Source: an uncultured archaeon
GTDB lineage: Archaea; Altiarchaeota; Altiarchaeia; IMC4; SCGC-AAA252-I15
Assembly (NCBI GenBank): GCA_902384455.1
Contig: CABMCB010000005.1
Location: forward strand, 1-17,625
Direction of reading: 5' to 3'
Length of the DNA stretch: 17,625 nucleotides
Numbering within the stretch: position 1 is the stretch's first letter; each line of letters begins with the position of its first letter. The position numbers and the translations under genes were made by a program. A model generated the notes under the pieces. That model was given only the letters and a program-made list of their open reading frames with translations. It was not told the DNA's origin and searched no databases. Of this stretch, positions 1 through 7,708 are shown one piece after another.

Positions 1-1596
1 TGGGAGGTTTTCGGGGAGGTTGGAGTAGTCTTCTTCTGTTATGGGTAGTGCGGTGTAGCTTGTGGGAGGGTTGCCTATTATCCCAACAGACAGGTCTTTT
101 CCTGTCAGGAATTCTTCCACCAGAACAGGTTTGTCGTAGCCGAGTTTTTCCCTGATTTCCATTATGGCGTCCAAAAGCTCTTCGGCGTTGTTGACGACGC
201 TTCTCTGGGTTATCCCGAAGCTGTTGTCGCCGAAGTTAGGTTTGACGAGAGCGGGAAAATCAAAAGGCAGTTCGAAAGTAGTGTCCTCCGGGTTGATGAA
301 AAAAGCTTCAGGAACAGGAATGCCCATCTCGCTGGACACTCCTCTGACAAGAGACTTATCGTAGCAGTGCGCAAGGCACTGCGGCCCTCCGCCCGAGTAC
401 GGCATGCTAAGCGCCTCAAGCATGGCAGGCACATGAAGCTCCTTGCGCGGGTCGTTAGTGTAGCCCTCGTCGCAAAGATTCAAAACGTAGTCCACGCTGC
501 CCTTCAGCTTAATCAAATCCGAAAGAAGCGTGTCGTGGTTGTTGAGGTACTCGAACTGATAGCCTGGAAGCTCTCTCAGCGCGGTCTTAAGCTGGTCTAT
601 AGTGAAAAAGTCGTCGTCGTCAAACACAGAAGTCGGCTTCAAAGCATCCAGCTTATTGGGATCGCCCATGACAACAGCGACCTTCTTCACGCACTCCTTC
701 TGCCTGCGCTTCAAAGGCGTCCAATCCTTCCGCACAACAGCATACGCAGTAATACGCCGTTCAGACGCGCCGTTCACCTGAGATTTCACGCCGCCTGTCG
801 CAGTGTTTTCGTGTATCGCGCAATCGGAAAGTCCGGCGGCCTTCATCAGGTCGGTGAGGTTGTCTTTGGTGTACAGCCGTTCGGCGTAGAATTGGTCTGA
901 AATGAGGCCTTTTTCCACGTGTGATACTACGTCTCTTGTTATCAGCAGGTGTCCGTCTATTGATAGCGAGCGTTCACGGCAGACGAAGTGTTTGTTGTCT
1001 ATCCATTCCCACGTTTTGGGTTGGTAGTGTTCTTTCAGGTGTTCTCCATCTGATATGTCAAGTATGAGCCTGCCCCACGGCTTAAGCACCCGGTGCATTT
1101 CTTTGAGGATTCTTAGGCCGTCTTGGGCTGTTTCGAAGTAGCTGAAGCTGTTGCCCAACAGCAGCACGGCGTCGAATGTATCGGGGGCATAGGGGAGTTT
1201 TCTTGCGTCGCCTTCCCTGAATTTGACGTTCAGTTTTTCTTTTTTGGCTGTTCCTTTGGCTTTTTGGATTAGGTGGTGTGAGCGGTCGAACCCTTCCACC
1301 TGGCTGTATCCTCGTCGGGCTAGTTCAAGAGAGTGTCTGCCGTATCCGCAGCATAAGTCTAGTATTTTGTCGTCTGGGCTTATTCTTGCGGTTTGCGCGA
1401 ACGCGTCTATTTCCCTTCGGGTTATCGCCTGTTCTTCGGCGCTGTCTGCGTCCGTTTTGATGTATGTTTTGCTGAATATTCTCCTCCAGCATTCAGGCAG
1501 GACGTGTTCTTCCAGGTTGTGCACGGGACCGAGCGTCTTCTTTGTTTGCCTTCCGTTTTTCCTTTGGTTTTTGTCTGGGATCGGTCTTTCGTTCAT
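1..1596 (-). CDS. Class I SAM-dependent methyltransferase fused to a D-Ala-D-Ala-ligase-like ATP-grasp domain (3' end beyond window)
   Basis: Not in the ORF track. Manual translation from ATG at 1596 is open to base 1 (532 codons): MNERPIPDKNQ... The N-terminal part has SAM motif I ILDLCCGYGRHSLELARRG, plus EGFDRS, FREGDARKLPY, FDAVLLLGNSF and VLKPWGRLILD. The C-terminal part has Ddl-like motifs VLNLCDEG, LEALSMPYSG, YDKSL, FPALVKPNFGDNSFGI and VLVEEFLTGKDLSVGIIG. Confidence 0.9.
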   Translation of the reverse strand, partial: MNERPIPDKNQRKNGRQTKKTLGPVHNLEEHVLPECWRRIFSKTYIKTDADSAEEQAITRREIDAFAQTARISPDDKILDLCCGYGRHSLELARRGYSQVEGFDRSHHLIQKAKGTAKKEKLNVKFREGDARKLPYAPDTFDAVLLLGNSFSYFETAQDGLRILKEMHRVLKPWGRLILDISDGEHLKEHYQPKTWEWIDNKHFVCRERSLSIDGHLLITRDVVSHVEKGLISDQFYAERLYTKDNLTDLMKAAGLSDCAIHENTATGGVKSQVNGASERRITAYAVVRKDWTPLKRRQKECVKKVAVVMGDPNKLDALKPTSVFDDDDFFTIDQLKTALRELPGYQFEYLNNHDTLLSDLIKLKGSVDYVLNLCDEGYTNDPRKELHVPAMLEALSMPYSGGGPQCLAHCYDKSLVRGVSSEMGIPVPEAFFINPEDTTFELPFDFPALVKPNFGDNSFGITQRSVVNNAEELLDAIMEIREKLGYDKPVLVEEFLTGKDLSVGIIGNPPTSYTALPITEEDYSNLPENLP

Positions 1597-1665
1597 TTTA
1601 TATGCTAAGGCAGAGTTCGAGTGCTGTTAGAGAAATTAGCCTCACGGCAGCGGCAGTCAGAAAGC

Positions 1666-1745
1666 GGGTGATGCCTATCGGTTGCTTTCGCGTTTTTTTT
1701 GGTAAATCTGGGCTTTACCATACAGGGCACAGTAAAGCATCACCC
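1666..1745. repeat. Nested inverted repeats (structured intergenic element)
   Basis: GGGTGATGC (1666-1674) / GCATCACCC (1737-1745) is a perfect 9-bp pair. TGGTAAA (1700-1706) / TTTACCA (1714-1720) is a perfect 7-bp pair. GCTTTAC (1712-1718) / GTAAAGC (1732-1738) is an alternative 7-bp pair. Confidence 0.6.
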
Positions 1746-1799
1746 CCATGTTTAGTTATGCTCGTCTCCTCATAAATACTCTCTCCTAATTCAGTCAGA

Positions 1800-2471
1800 A
1801 TGAAGTCCGATTTCATAGTGGCGTTCGACCTTGACGGCGTCATACTCAACAGCAAGACTGCTTATGTGACGGCCTTCAGGAATTTTATGACGTCTTGCGG
1901 CCACGTGCGTTCCGAGGCGGATGTTCTGTCCGTCATAGGTCCTCCTGCGCAGGATGTTTTGCGGAGTCTTTTCCCTGCAGGAGAACCTGACGTTGAGCGT
2001 AAGGTGCGGGAGGGTGATGCGGCTGTTGATTTGTTTGCGTTGTCTTCTGGGGGTCAAGGTCTTGTTGTTGCGGTGCCTGGTGCGGCGGATGTTTTGCGGG
2101 AAGTTAGAAAGTTGGGTTGTGTTACTGCGGTTGTCACCAACAGCAAGCGGAACTTCATTGACGCGACGTTTCCTCGTTTCGGGTTGTCCGGTCTTTTCGA
2201 CAGGGTTCTTCCGGTCGGTGAGGGTCCTAAGGAGGTGCGTCTTAGGCTGCTTTTGAGTGAGTACGGCGTTTCGTCTGAGAGGATGTTTTACGTCGGGGAT
2301 TTGAAGAGGGACGCTGACGTTGCCCGCGCGGTGGGCGCTGTTTCTGTGATTGTTTACAATGAGTACAGTTGGCTTTACCCTAACGAGGATAAGGTTCCGG
2401 GTATAGGCGCCGATTATGTCGTAAGCAGTCTTTCTGGGATTCTACCATTACTTGAAGAAGCTGTACACTAA
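1800..2471 (+). CDS. HAD-superfamily hydrolase (phosphoglycolate-phosphatase-like, subfamily IA)
   Basis: Motif I FDLDGVI, motif II VVTNS, motif III Lys (GPKE), motif IV YVGDLKRD. TATA-like ATAAATA at about 1772-1778. Confidence 0.88.
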   Translation: MKSDFIVAFDLDGVILNSKTAYVTAFRNFMTSCGHVRSEADVLSVIGPPAQDVLRSLFPAGEPDVERKVREGDAAVDLFALSSGGQGLVVAVPGAADVLREVRKLGCVTAVVTNSKRNFIDATFPRFGLSGLFDRVLPVGEGPKEVRLRLLLSEYGVSSERMFYVGDLKRDADVARAVGAVSVIVYNEYSWLYPNEDKVPGIGADYVVSSLSGILPLLEEAVH

Positions 2472-2825
2472 GACAACAGCGATTGATGTGGAGGCGTAGA
2501 ATACGAACATTACTTCATAGAAGTCCGTCTTTAGCCTGATCTTGTAGAGGTAGTATGAGATTGACCATAAACCCAATATGGTGCCTGCATTGAGGTACAC
2601 GCGGACCCACTCCGCAAGCCCCCCGAATTCCGCGTACATTATCTGCCACATAAGCACGGCATTCAGAAACATCCCTATGCGCCCCACACGGTGCTTCATG
2701 CTCTCCTGGACGCAGACGTAAAGAACGACGCCAATCAAAATGAACGCCAGCTCCCTGGGTATGACAGTGAACTCACCAATCCACAGCGGCCTGTTAATAA
2801 GCCACTCAAGAGGTGATAAAGTCAC
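2448..2825 (-). CDS. Hypothetical membrane protein (~125 aa, ~4 TM helices)
   Basis: The hydrophobic part of the 2448..2909 ORF begins at GTG 2825, which overlaps the purQ stop (GTGA), consistent with translational coupling. Four hydrophobic segments. Its 3' end overlaps the HAD gene convergently by 24 nt. Confidence 0.7.
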   Translation of the reverse strand: MTLSPLEWLINRPLWIGEFTVIPRELAFILIGVVLYVCVQESMKHRVGRIGMFLNAVLMWQIMYAEFGGLAEWVRVYLNAGTILGLWSISYYLYKIRLKTDFYEVMFVFYASTSIAVVLVYSFFK

Positions 2826-3634
2826 TTTTTCTTTTTGAGGTAATCCACTAAACTCTGAAACACAGCGAACCCGTCGCCTAATCCGTCGGGGTTTCCGGTG
2901 CGCGTCCAATCAGCGTGCTGAATCCTGGAAACAACACGCTCAGGATGAGGCATCATACCAAGAACATTCCCCTCCGGATTACATATGCCCGCAATATCAT
3001 CCAAACTCCCATTAGGATTCCACGGGAACCCCCCAGCAGCCGCGCCATCCGGCATACAATACCTAAACACAACCTGCCCATTCTCACTAAGCAACTTAAG
3101 AGCTTCCTTACTCCTACCCCCAAACTCAAGACGCCCCTCCCCATGAGCCACAGGAACCTGAATAACAGAACCCCTCTGAAAGCGGCCGGTGAAAGCGCAG
3201 TTTCCATCGAGCCGCAAATAAGTCGGGCGGCATTCGAACCTATTCTGCATGTTTATGGAAAGCACAGCGTCCGGGACGTCGGTGATGCCTTTGAACGCCG
3301 GAAGCATTCCCGCTTCAACAAGAACCTGGAAACCGTTGCATATGCCGCCGACAGGTCGGCCGTCTTTAACGAATTCTTTGAGTTCCGGCAGTAACCTGCT
3401 TTTGATTCGCGCGGCGAAAATCGCTCCTGCTCTTATGTAGTCTCCTGCGCTCCATCCGCCCGGAATCATCAGCACCGAGTAGTCTGATAGGCGGCGTCTT
3501 CGCTCCGGGGGGCAGTCGCCTGTGAACTGTTTAAGGTGGACTTTTTCGGCGGACAGTCCTGCTTTAGTTAGCGCGTGCCACATCTCCTCTTCGCAGTTGG
3601 TTCCTTCTATGAGGAGTACGGCGGCATCTGTCAT
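2822..3634 (-). CDS. purQ: Phosphoribosylformylglycinamidine synthase subunit PurQ (glutaminase)
   Basis: GTNCEEE, IPGGWSAGDY, catalytic GICNGFQ, VAHGEG, NPNGS, GMMPHPER (His-Glu). Confidence 0.96.
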   Translation of the reverse strand: MTDAAVLLIEGTNCEEEMWHALTKAGLSAEKVHLKQFTGDCPPERRRRLSDYSVLMIPGGWSAGDYIRAGAIFAARIKSRLLPELKEFVKDGRPVGGICNGFQVLVEAGMLPAFKGITDVPDAVLSINMQNRFECRPTYLRLDGNCAFTGRFQRGSVIQVPVAHGEGRLEFGGRSKEALKLLSENGQVVFRYCMPDGAAAGGFPWNPNGSLDDIAGICNPEGNVLGMMPHPERVVSRIQHADWTRTGNPDGLGDGFAVFQSLVDYLKKKK

Positions 3635-3719
3635 GGTTTAATGGTTGTCCTACGCCACATAAAAATGCGCATATTTTACAGCCATAAAATATTTAAGGGC
3701 GATTAACCCATCTTCAACC
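3635..3719. promoter_or_regulatory. Divergent archaeal promoter region purQ / ino1
   Basis: TTTTTATG on the - strand (3665-3658) lies about 25 nt before the purQ ATG. ATATTTAAG on the + strand (about 3689-3697) lies about 25 nt before the ino1 ATG. A near-palindrome TAAAAATGCGCATATTTTA sits at 3660-3678. Confidence 0.5.
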
Positions 3720-4811
3720 ATGCCTAAGAAGTCTATTCGGCTTGCGATAGTGGGTGTCGGAAACTGCGCAAGCAGCTTAATCCAGGGTCTCACTTACTAC
3801 AAGGACGTTAACGGCAACAGCCCTCCGGTTCCGGGCCTCATGCACAATATCCTCGGTGGCTATCACATACGCGACATAACTCCTGTTGCAGCATTCGACG
3901 TGGACAAAAACAAGGTGGGGAAAGATTTGGCTGACGCTATTTTCGCTGCGCCAAACTGCACGGTGAAGTTCAGCGACGTGCCTAAAACAAACGTCATAGT
4001 GCAGAAAGGCCCTGTCCTTGACGGAGTGGGCTCCACCACTAAAGATGCCTTCCCTGTGGACGCGCGCCAGAAGCCAGTCGACGTTTCAAAAGCGCTTAAG
4101 GACGCAAAAGCCGAAGTGCTCGTCTGCTACCTACCGGTCGGAAGCGAAGAAGCAGTCCGCTACTACGCCCAATGCGCATTGAACGCGGGATGCGCCTTCG
4201 TAAACGCCATACCCGTATTCATATCAAGCAACCCCGAGTGGGCCAAGAAATTCGAGGATAAAAAACTCCCCGTAGTCGGAGACGACATCAAAAGCCAGGT
4301 AGGCGCCACAATAGTCCACCGAACCCTCACAAAACTCTTCGTAGACCGCGGAGTAAAACTCGACAGCACATACCAGCTCAACGTCGGAGGAAACACAGAC
4401 TTCATGAACATGCTGGAGAGAACCCGGCTCAAAAGCAAAAAAATAAGCAAAACACAAAGCGTACAAAGCCAGCTACCAACGCAACTCCCGCCAGAAGACA
4501 TACACATAGGCCCAAGCGACTACATCCCCTGGATAAAAGACAAAAAAATCTGTTTCATAAGGATGGAAGGCCGCAAGTTCGGCGACGTTCCCATAAACAT
4601 AGAACTCCGCTTGGACGTGGAAGACAGCCCCAACAGCGCCGGCGTCATGGTTGACGCCATACGGTGCGCAAAGCTCGCTCTTGACCGCGGCGTCGGAGGC
4701 GCACTCACGTCGCCGTCAAGCTACTTCATGAAGAGCCCTCCCATACAGTACAGCGACTCAGTAGCTCGGCAGATGGTCGAGGAATTCATAAGCGGAGCAA
4801 GACAACGCTGA
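3720..4811 (+). CDS. ino1: Myo-inositol-1-phosphate synthase (prokaryotic type)
   Basis: [11 protein letters not shown] Rossmann start, [48 protein letters not shown]. Confidence 0.96.
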   Translation: MPKKSIRLAIVGVGNCASSLIQGLTYYKDVNGNSPPVPGLMHNILGGYHIRDITPVAAFDVDKNKVGKDLADAIFAAPNCTVKFSDVPKTNVIVQKGPVLDGVGSTTKDAFPVDARQKPVDVSKALKDAKAEVLVCYLPVGSEEAVRYYAQCALNAGCAFVNAIPVFISSNPEWAKKFEDKKLPVVGDDIKSQVGATIVHRTLTKLFVDRGVKLDSTYQLNVGGNTDFMNMLERTRLKSKKISKTQSVQSQLPTQLPPEDIHIGPSDYIPWIKDKKICFIRMEGRKFGDVPINIELRLDVEDSPNSAGVMVDAIRCAKLALDRGVGGALTSPSSYFMKSPPIQYSDSVARQMVEEFISGARQR

Positions 4812-4815
4812 AAAA

Positions 4816-5436
4816 ATGATAAAGTCCCGCGTCAACACGGAATGGGCAAGCGTCAGGCTGGGCATAATATTCTCCCACATAGGTCTATCCCCCAACTCAT
4901 GGACCCTACTCTCGATAGTGCCCTCTGTTGCCGGATTCATACTCCTCGTGAAAGGAAACCTTCTGGCCTCCCTTGTTTGTTTCCTTGTTGCGGGGCTTTT
5001 GGATGCGGTTGACGGCGCAGTCGCAAGGGTGACGGGTGCGGTGACTAAATACGGCGGATTCCTTGACGGAATAGTTGACCGTTACGTTGAGATTCTTCTG
5101 TACTTAGGTTTGGGATTCAACCTGGCGGGACAGGAAACGCCGTTTATGCCTCTTTATGCGTGGCTTGTTTTGCTCGTGTTCGGCGCCACGATGACAAGTT
5201 ACGTGCGCGCCTACGCCGACCACAGACGCGTCGTGACAGACGCAGAAGACCACAAGAAAATGGGCGGCCTATTTGAGCGCGGAGAGCGGATGACCTTAAT
5301 CTATTTAGGTCTTTTTGCCGGTGCGTTCGACCCCCGTTACATCGTATATTCGATAGTTGCAGCCGCTGTTTTGTCAAACTTCACAGTTCTTCAGCGCATC
5401 GTTTATGTGCGCAAAAAAGCCGGCGGAAGCGTCTAA
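4816..5436 (+). CDS. CDP-alcohol phosphatidyltransferase, probably archaetidylinositol-phosphate synthase
   Basis: Signature LDAVDGAVAR...GGFLDGIVDR, SPNSWT helix, SYVRA and GLFERGER, multiple TM helices. It starts 4 nt after ino1. The substrate is inferred from gene context. Confidence 0.88.
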   Translation: MIKSRVNTEWASVRLGIIFSHIGLSPNSWTLLSIVPSVAGFILLVKGNLLASLVCFLVAGLLDAVDGAVARVTGAVTKYGGFLDGIVDRYVEILLYLGLGFNLAGQETPFMPLYAWLVLLVFGATMTSYVRAYADHRRVVTDAEDHKKMGGLFERGERMTLIYLGLFAGAFDPRYIVYSIVAAAVLSNFTVLQRIVYVRKKAGGSV

Positions 5437-5462
5437 CTCCCCTATAACGCGTCACAGCAGCC

Positions 5463-5470
5463 TTTTTATA
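5463..5470 (+). promoter_or_regulatory. TATA box for the coiled-coil/panE operon
   Basis: TTTTTATA 26 nt upstream of ATG 5497, consistent with a leaderless archaeal transcript. Confidence 0.5.
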
Positions 5471-5496
5471 GTGATTTGGCTGTATGTATAATCCAC

Positions 5497-5817
5497 ATGT
5501 CGTCACAGTACACGCCGGCACAGCTTTCTCTGCTTTTGGTTGAGAAGCACAAGAAACTTCTGAACGAATACAAGTCTGAGCACGAGAGCATCAACAGGCT
5601 GACTCTCCTGCAGGAGAAGCTCGACCAGCTTAGGCACTGGAGGAAAGACGGTTACGCAACCGAAAGCGTCCTCGAAGCCGAGAAGCAGACTAAAGAAGAG
5701 TTGTCCCGGCTGAAGAAAGAAGTCGGCGCGGCAAAAACAAGCCGGCACATCAAATTCCTACAAAGTAAGATTCAGGAGCACCAAGAGGCGCTTGCATACT
5801 GGAGCGTGAAGAAATGA
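5497..5817 (+). CDS. Small helical/coiled-coil hypothetical protein
   Basis: ATG 5497 (MSSQYTPAQL) fits the TATA spacing better than TTG 5476. Charged heptad-rich sequence. ATGA overlap with the next gene. Confidence 0.75.
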   Translation: MSSQYTPAQLSLLLVEKHKKLLNEYKSEHESINRLTLLQEKLDQLRHWRKDGYATESVLEAEKQTKEELSRLKKEVGAAKTSRHIKFLQSKIQEHQEALAYWSVKK

Positions 5818-6782
5818 CGGACAAAGACCTGAAAGAGACGCTCGAAACCTACCGAAAGCAGATTCAAGCTAAAGACAAGAAAATAAAGGACATCAAGAAG
5901 CAGCTCATCGTCTACCAAAAAGAAGCCGGGGACTTGCGCATCAAAAGAGACCAGCTTAACGCCCAAGTCAAAGAGATGTCCACGCAAGCCAAAGTCTTCA
6001 GAGAATCCCGCGACCAGCTAAACGCCAAGGCCGCAGAACTACGCAAGAAACGGAAGGATCTTCTTGACGAAATAAAGAACTTGGGCGGAAACATAAAGGA
6101 AAGCAAGACCAAGCGGGATGAACTCAACAAGAAGGCAAAAGGAAGCGACGACCAGCTTGAGCGCCTGTTCGAGAGAAACCTCAACACCTTAGTTCTGAAG
6201 GACATACCTCTCACCAAAGAAATCCAGCTTTACGAGCAGGTTTGCGAAGTCATGGGGCGCATGGGCTCGGCCAAAGAAGCGTCCCAACTGCATAAAGCAG
6301 TAGTCTCATCGTTCCAAAACATTCAAGGCTTAAACGGCAAGCTTGATGCGATATCCAAGGAGTTGCATGAAGTCGCAGATGAAGCCAACCTAAACCACCA
6401 GTCCGCTCTCGACTTGTACACTAAGGCCGACGCGGTGCGTAAGGAGGCGGATGGCATCCACAAGCAGCTTATTGAGCGTTATGAGGTCATGAATCCTTAT
6501 CGCGAGCAGATTAATGCGCTTCTTGGCGAGATTGACGTGATTAGGCAGGAGATGGCGCCGTTCCAGGATGAGTCTGACAAGCTTCGTACTGATCGCGAGA
6601 ATGAGAGGAAGATGATGACTGCTCAGGAAGTTAAGGAGAAGCTTGCGCAGAAGAAGCGCGTCAGCTTGGATGACTTCCGCATATTGTTGGAGCAGGAAGG
6701 CATGCCTCTTGGCGATGAAAAGCAGGAGAAGGACGCAGAGTCGAAGAAGTCCGAGTCTCCCGCCGAAGAAAAGTCAGAATGA
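5814..6782 (+). CDS. Archaeal coiled-coil protein (COG1340-like)
   Basis: Repeated RDQLN/RDQLN/RDELN heptad motifs, long K/E-rich coiled coil, C-terminal KEKLAQKKRVSLDDF. ATGA overlaps on both sides. The family call is from recollection, not a search. Confidence 0.75.
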   Translation: MTDKDLKETLETYRKQIQAKDKKIKDIKKQLIVYQKEAGDLRIKRDQLNAQVKEMSTQAKVFRESRDQLNAKAAELRKKRKDLLDEIKNLGGNIKESKTKRDELNKKAKGSDDQLERLFERNLNTLVLKDIPLTKEIQLYEQVCEVMGRMGSAKEASQLHKAVVSSFQNIQGLNGKLDAISKELHEVADEANLNHQSALDLYTKADAVRKEADGIHKQLIERYEVMNPYREQINALLGEIDVIRQEMAPFQDESDKLRTDRENERKMMTAQEVKEKLAQKKRVSLDDFRILLEQEGMPLGDEKQEKDAESKKSESPAEEKSE

Positions 6783-7708
6783 GGGTCGCCGTCGTAGGCG
6801 CAGGGGCTGTTGGAGGATATTTCGGTTCCCAATTTTTGCGCGCAGGATTCGACGTAGATTTCTACGCGCGCGGAAAGCATCTTGAAGCATTAAGGCGGCA
6901 TGGTCTTGTGCTCCTTGAAGGCGGCAAGAAAACCCTATTCAAAGTCAAGGCGTACGACAAGCCGCCTAAAGACGCTGTAGCCGACCTGATACTTTTCACA
7001 GTAAAAGGATACAACACGGATTCCGCGCTGAAGAAATATCGCTCCGTCGCGTCTCCCTCCTCAATCGTTTTAAGCCTCCAGAACGGATTCGGAAACCGCG
7101 AAAAAATAGCCAACAAATGGGGTCATCCAGAACGCATCGTGCCTGCCATGACCCGCATAGGCGTCGAAGTCACACACCCCGGAACCATAACATACAGCGG
7201 ACTAGGCATCATATACTTCGGCGCCGAAACACCCAAACAAAAGAAAGCCGCCGAAACAATCAAGCAAATTCTTGAGGCCGCAGAAATATCTTTTTCTTTT
7301 GAGCGCGATATTCGCCGTATACTTTGGCGCAAGTTTATGTGGAACGTAGCGTTCAATACGGTTTCTGCGGTTACGGAGTCCACCATGGGGGAGATGCTTT
7401 CAGACCCTGCGGTACGGCGTCTTCTTGAGGATGTGACTAAGGAGGCGGCTGCGGTTGGGCGTGCGGAAGGAGTCAAAATAACCGACGCGGACGTTTTGGG
7501 CGTTGTAGGTCCGCGCCCCAAGTTCTCGGCATTCAGGACGAGCATGCTCCAAGATTACCTTGCCGGAAAACCCCTCGAAACAGAGACATTAAGCGGTGCA
7601 TTAATCCGGAAAGCAAGAGCGCGCAAAATATCCGCACCCAAAACTGAGGCATTGCACGCTATACTAACCCACAAAACAGCTCTCCGCAAGGGTTCGTCAA
7701 GCCGCTAA
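6779..7708 (+). CDS. panE: 2-dehydropantoate (ketopantoate) 2-reductase
   Basis: VVGAGAVGGYFG, FTVKGY, SLQNG, WRKFMWN (catalytic Lys), TSMLQD, PLETE. Confidence 0.9.
   Translation: MRVAVVGAGAVGGYFGSQFLRAGFDVDFYARGKHLEALRRHGLVLLEGGKKTLFKVKAYDKPPKDAVADLILFTVKGYNTDSALKKYRSVASPSSIVLSLQNGFGNREKIANKWGHPERIVPAMTRIGVEVTHPGTITYSGLGIIYFGAETPKQKKAAETIKQILEAAEISFSFERDIRRILWRKFMWNVAFNTVSAVTESTMGEMLSDPAVRRLLEDVTKEAAAVGRAEGVKITDADVLGVVGPRPKFSAFRTSMLQDYLAGKPLETETLSGALIRKARARKISAPKTEALHAILTHKTALRKGSSSR

Noticed and set aside
164-1775. ORF-track calls 164..364, 210..434, 367..900, 1223..1630, 1278..1460, 1393..1608, 1542..1775
   Set aside because: They are shadow frames of the real - strand methyltransferase/ATP-grasp gene (1596->1) or run into the intergenic region, and carry no motifs.
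2826-2909. Upstream ATG start for the small membrane protein
   Set aside because: It lies inside the purQ coding sequence. The GTG at 2825 overlapping the purQ stop is more plausible.
4816-5436. Di-myo-inositol-phosphate synthase (DIPPS) assignment
   Set aside because: No inositol-1-phosphate cytidylyltransferase domain or gene is adjacent, so lipid synthesis is the simpler reading. Not fully excluded.
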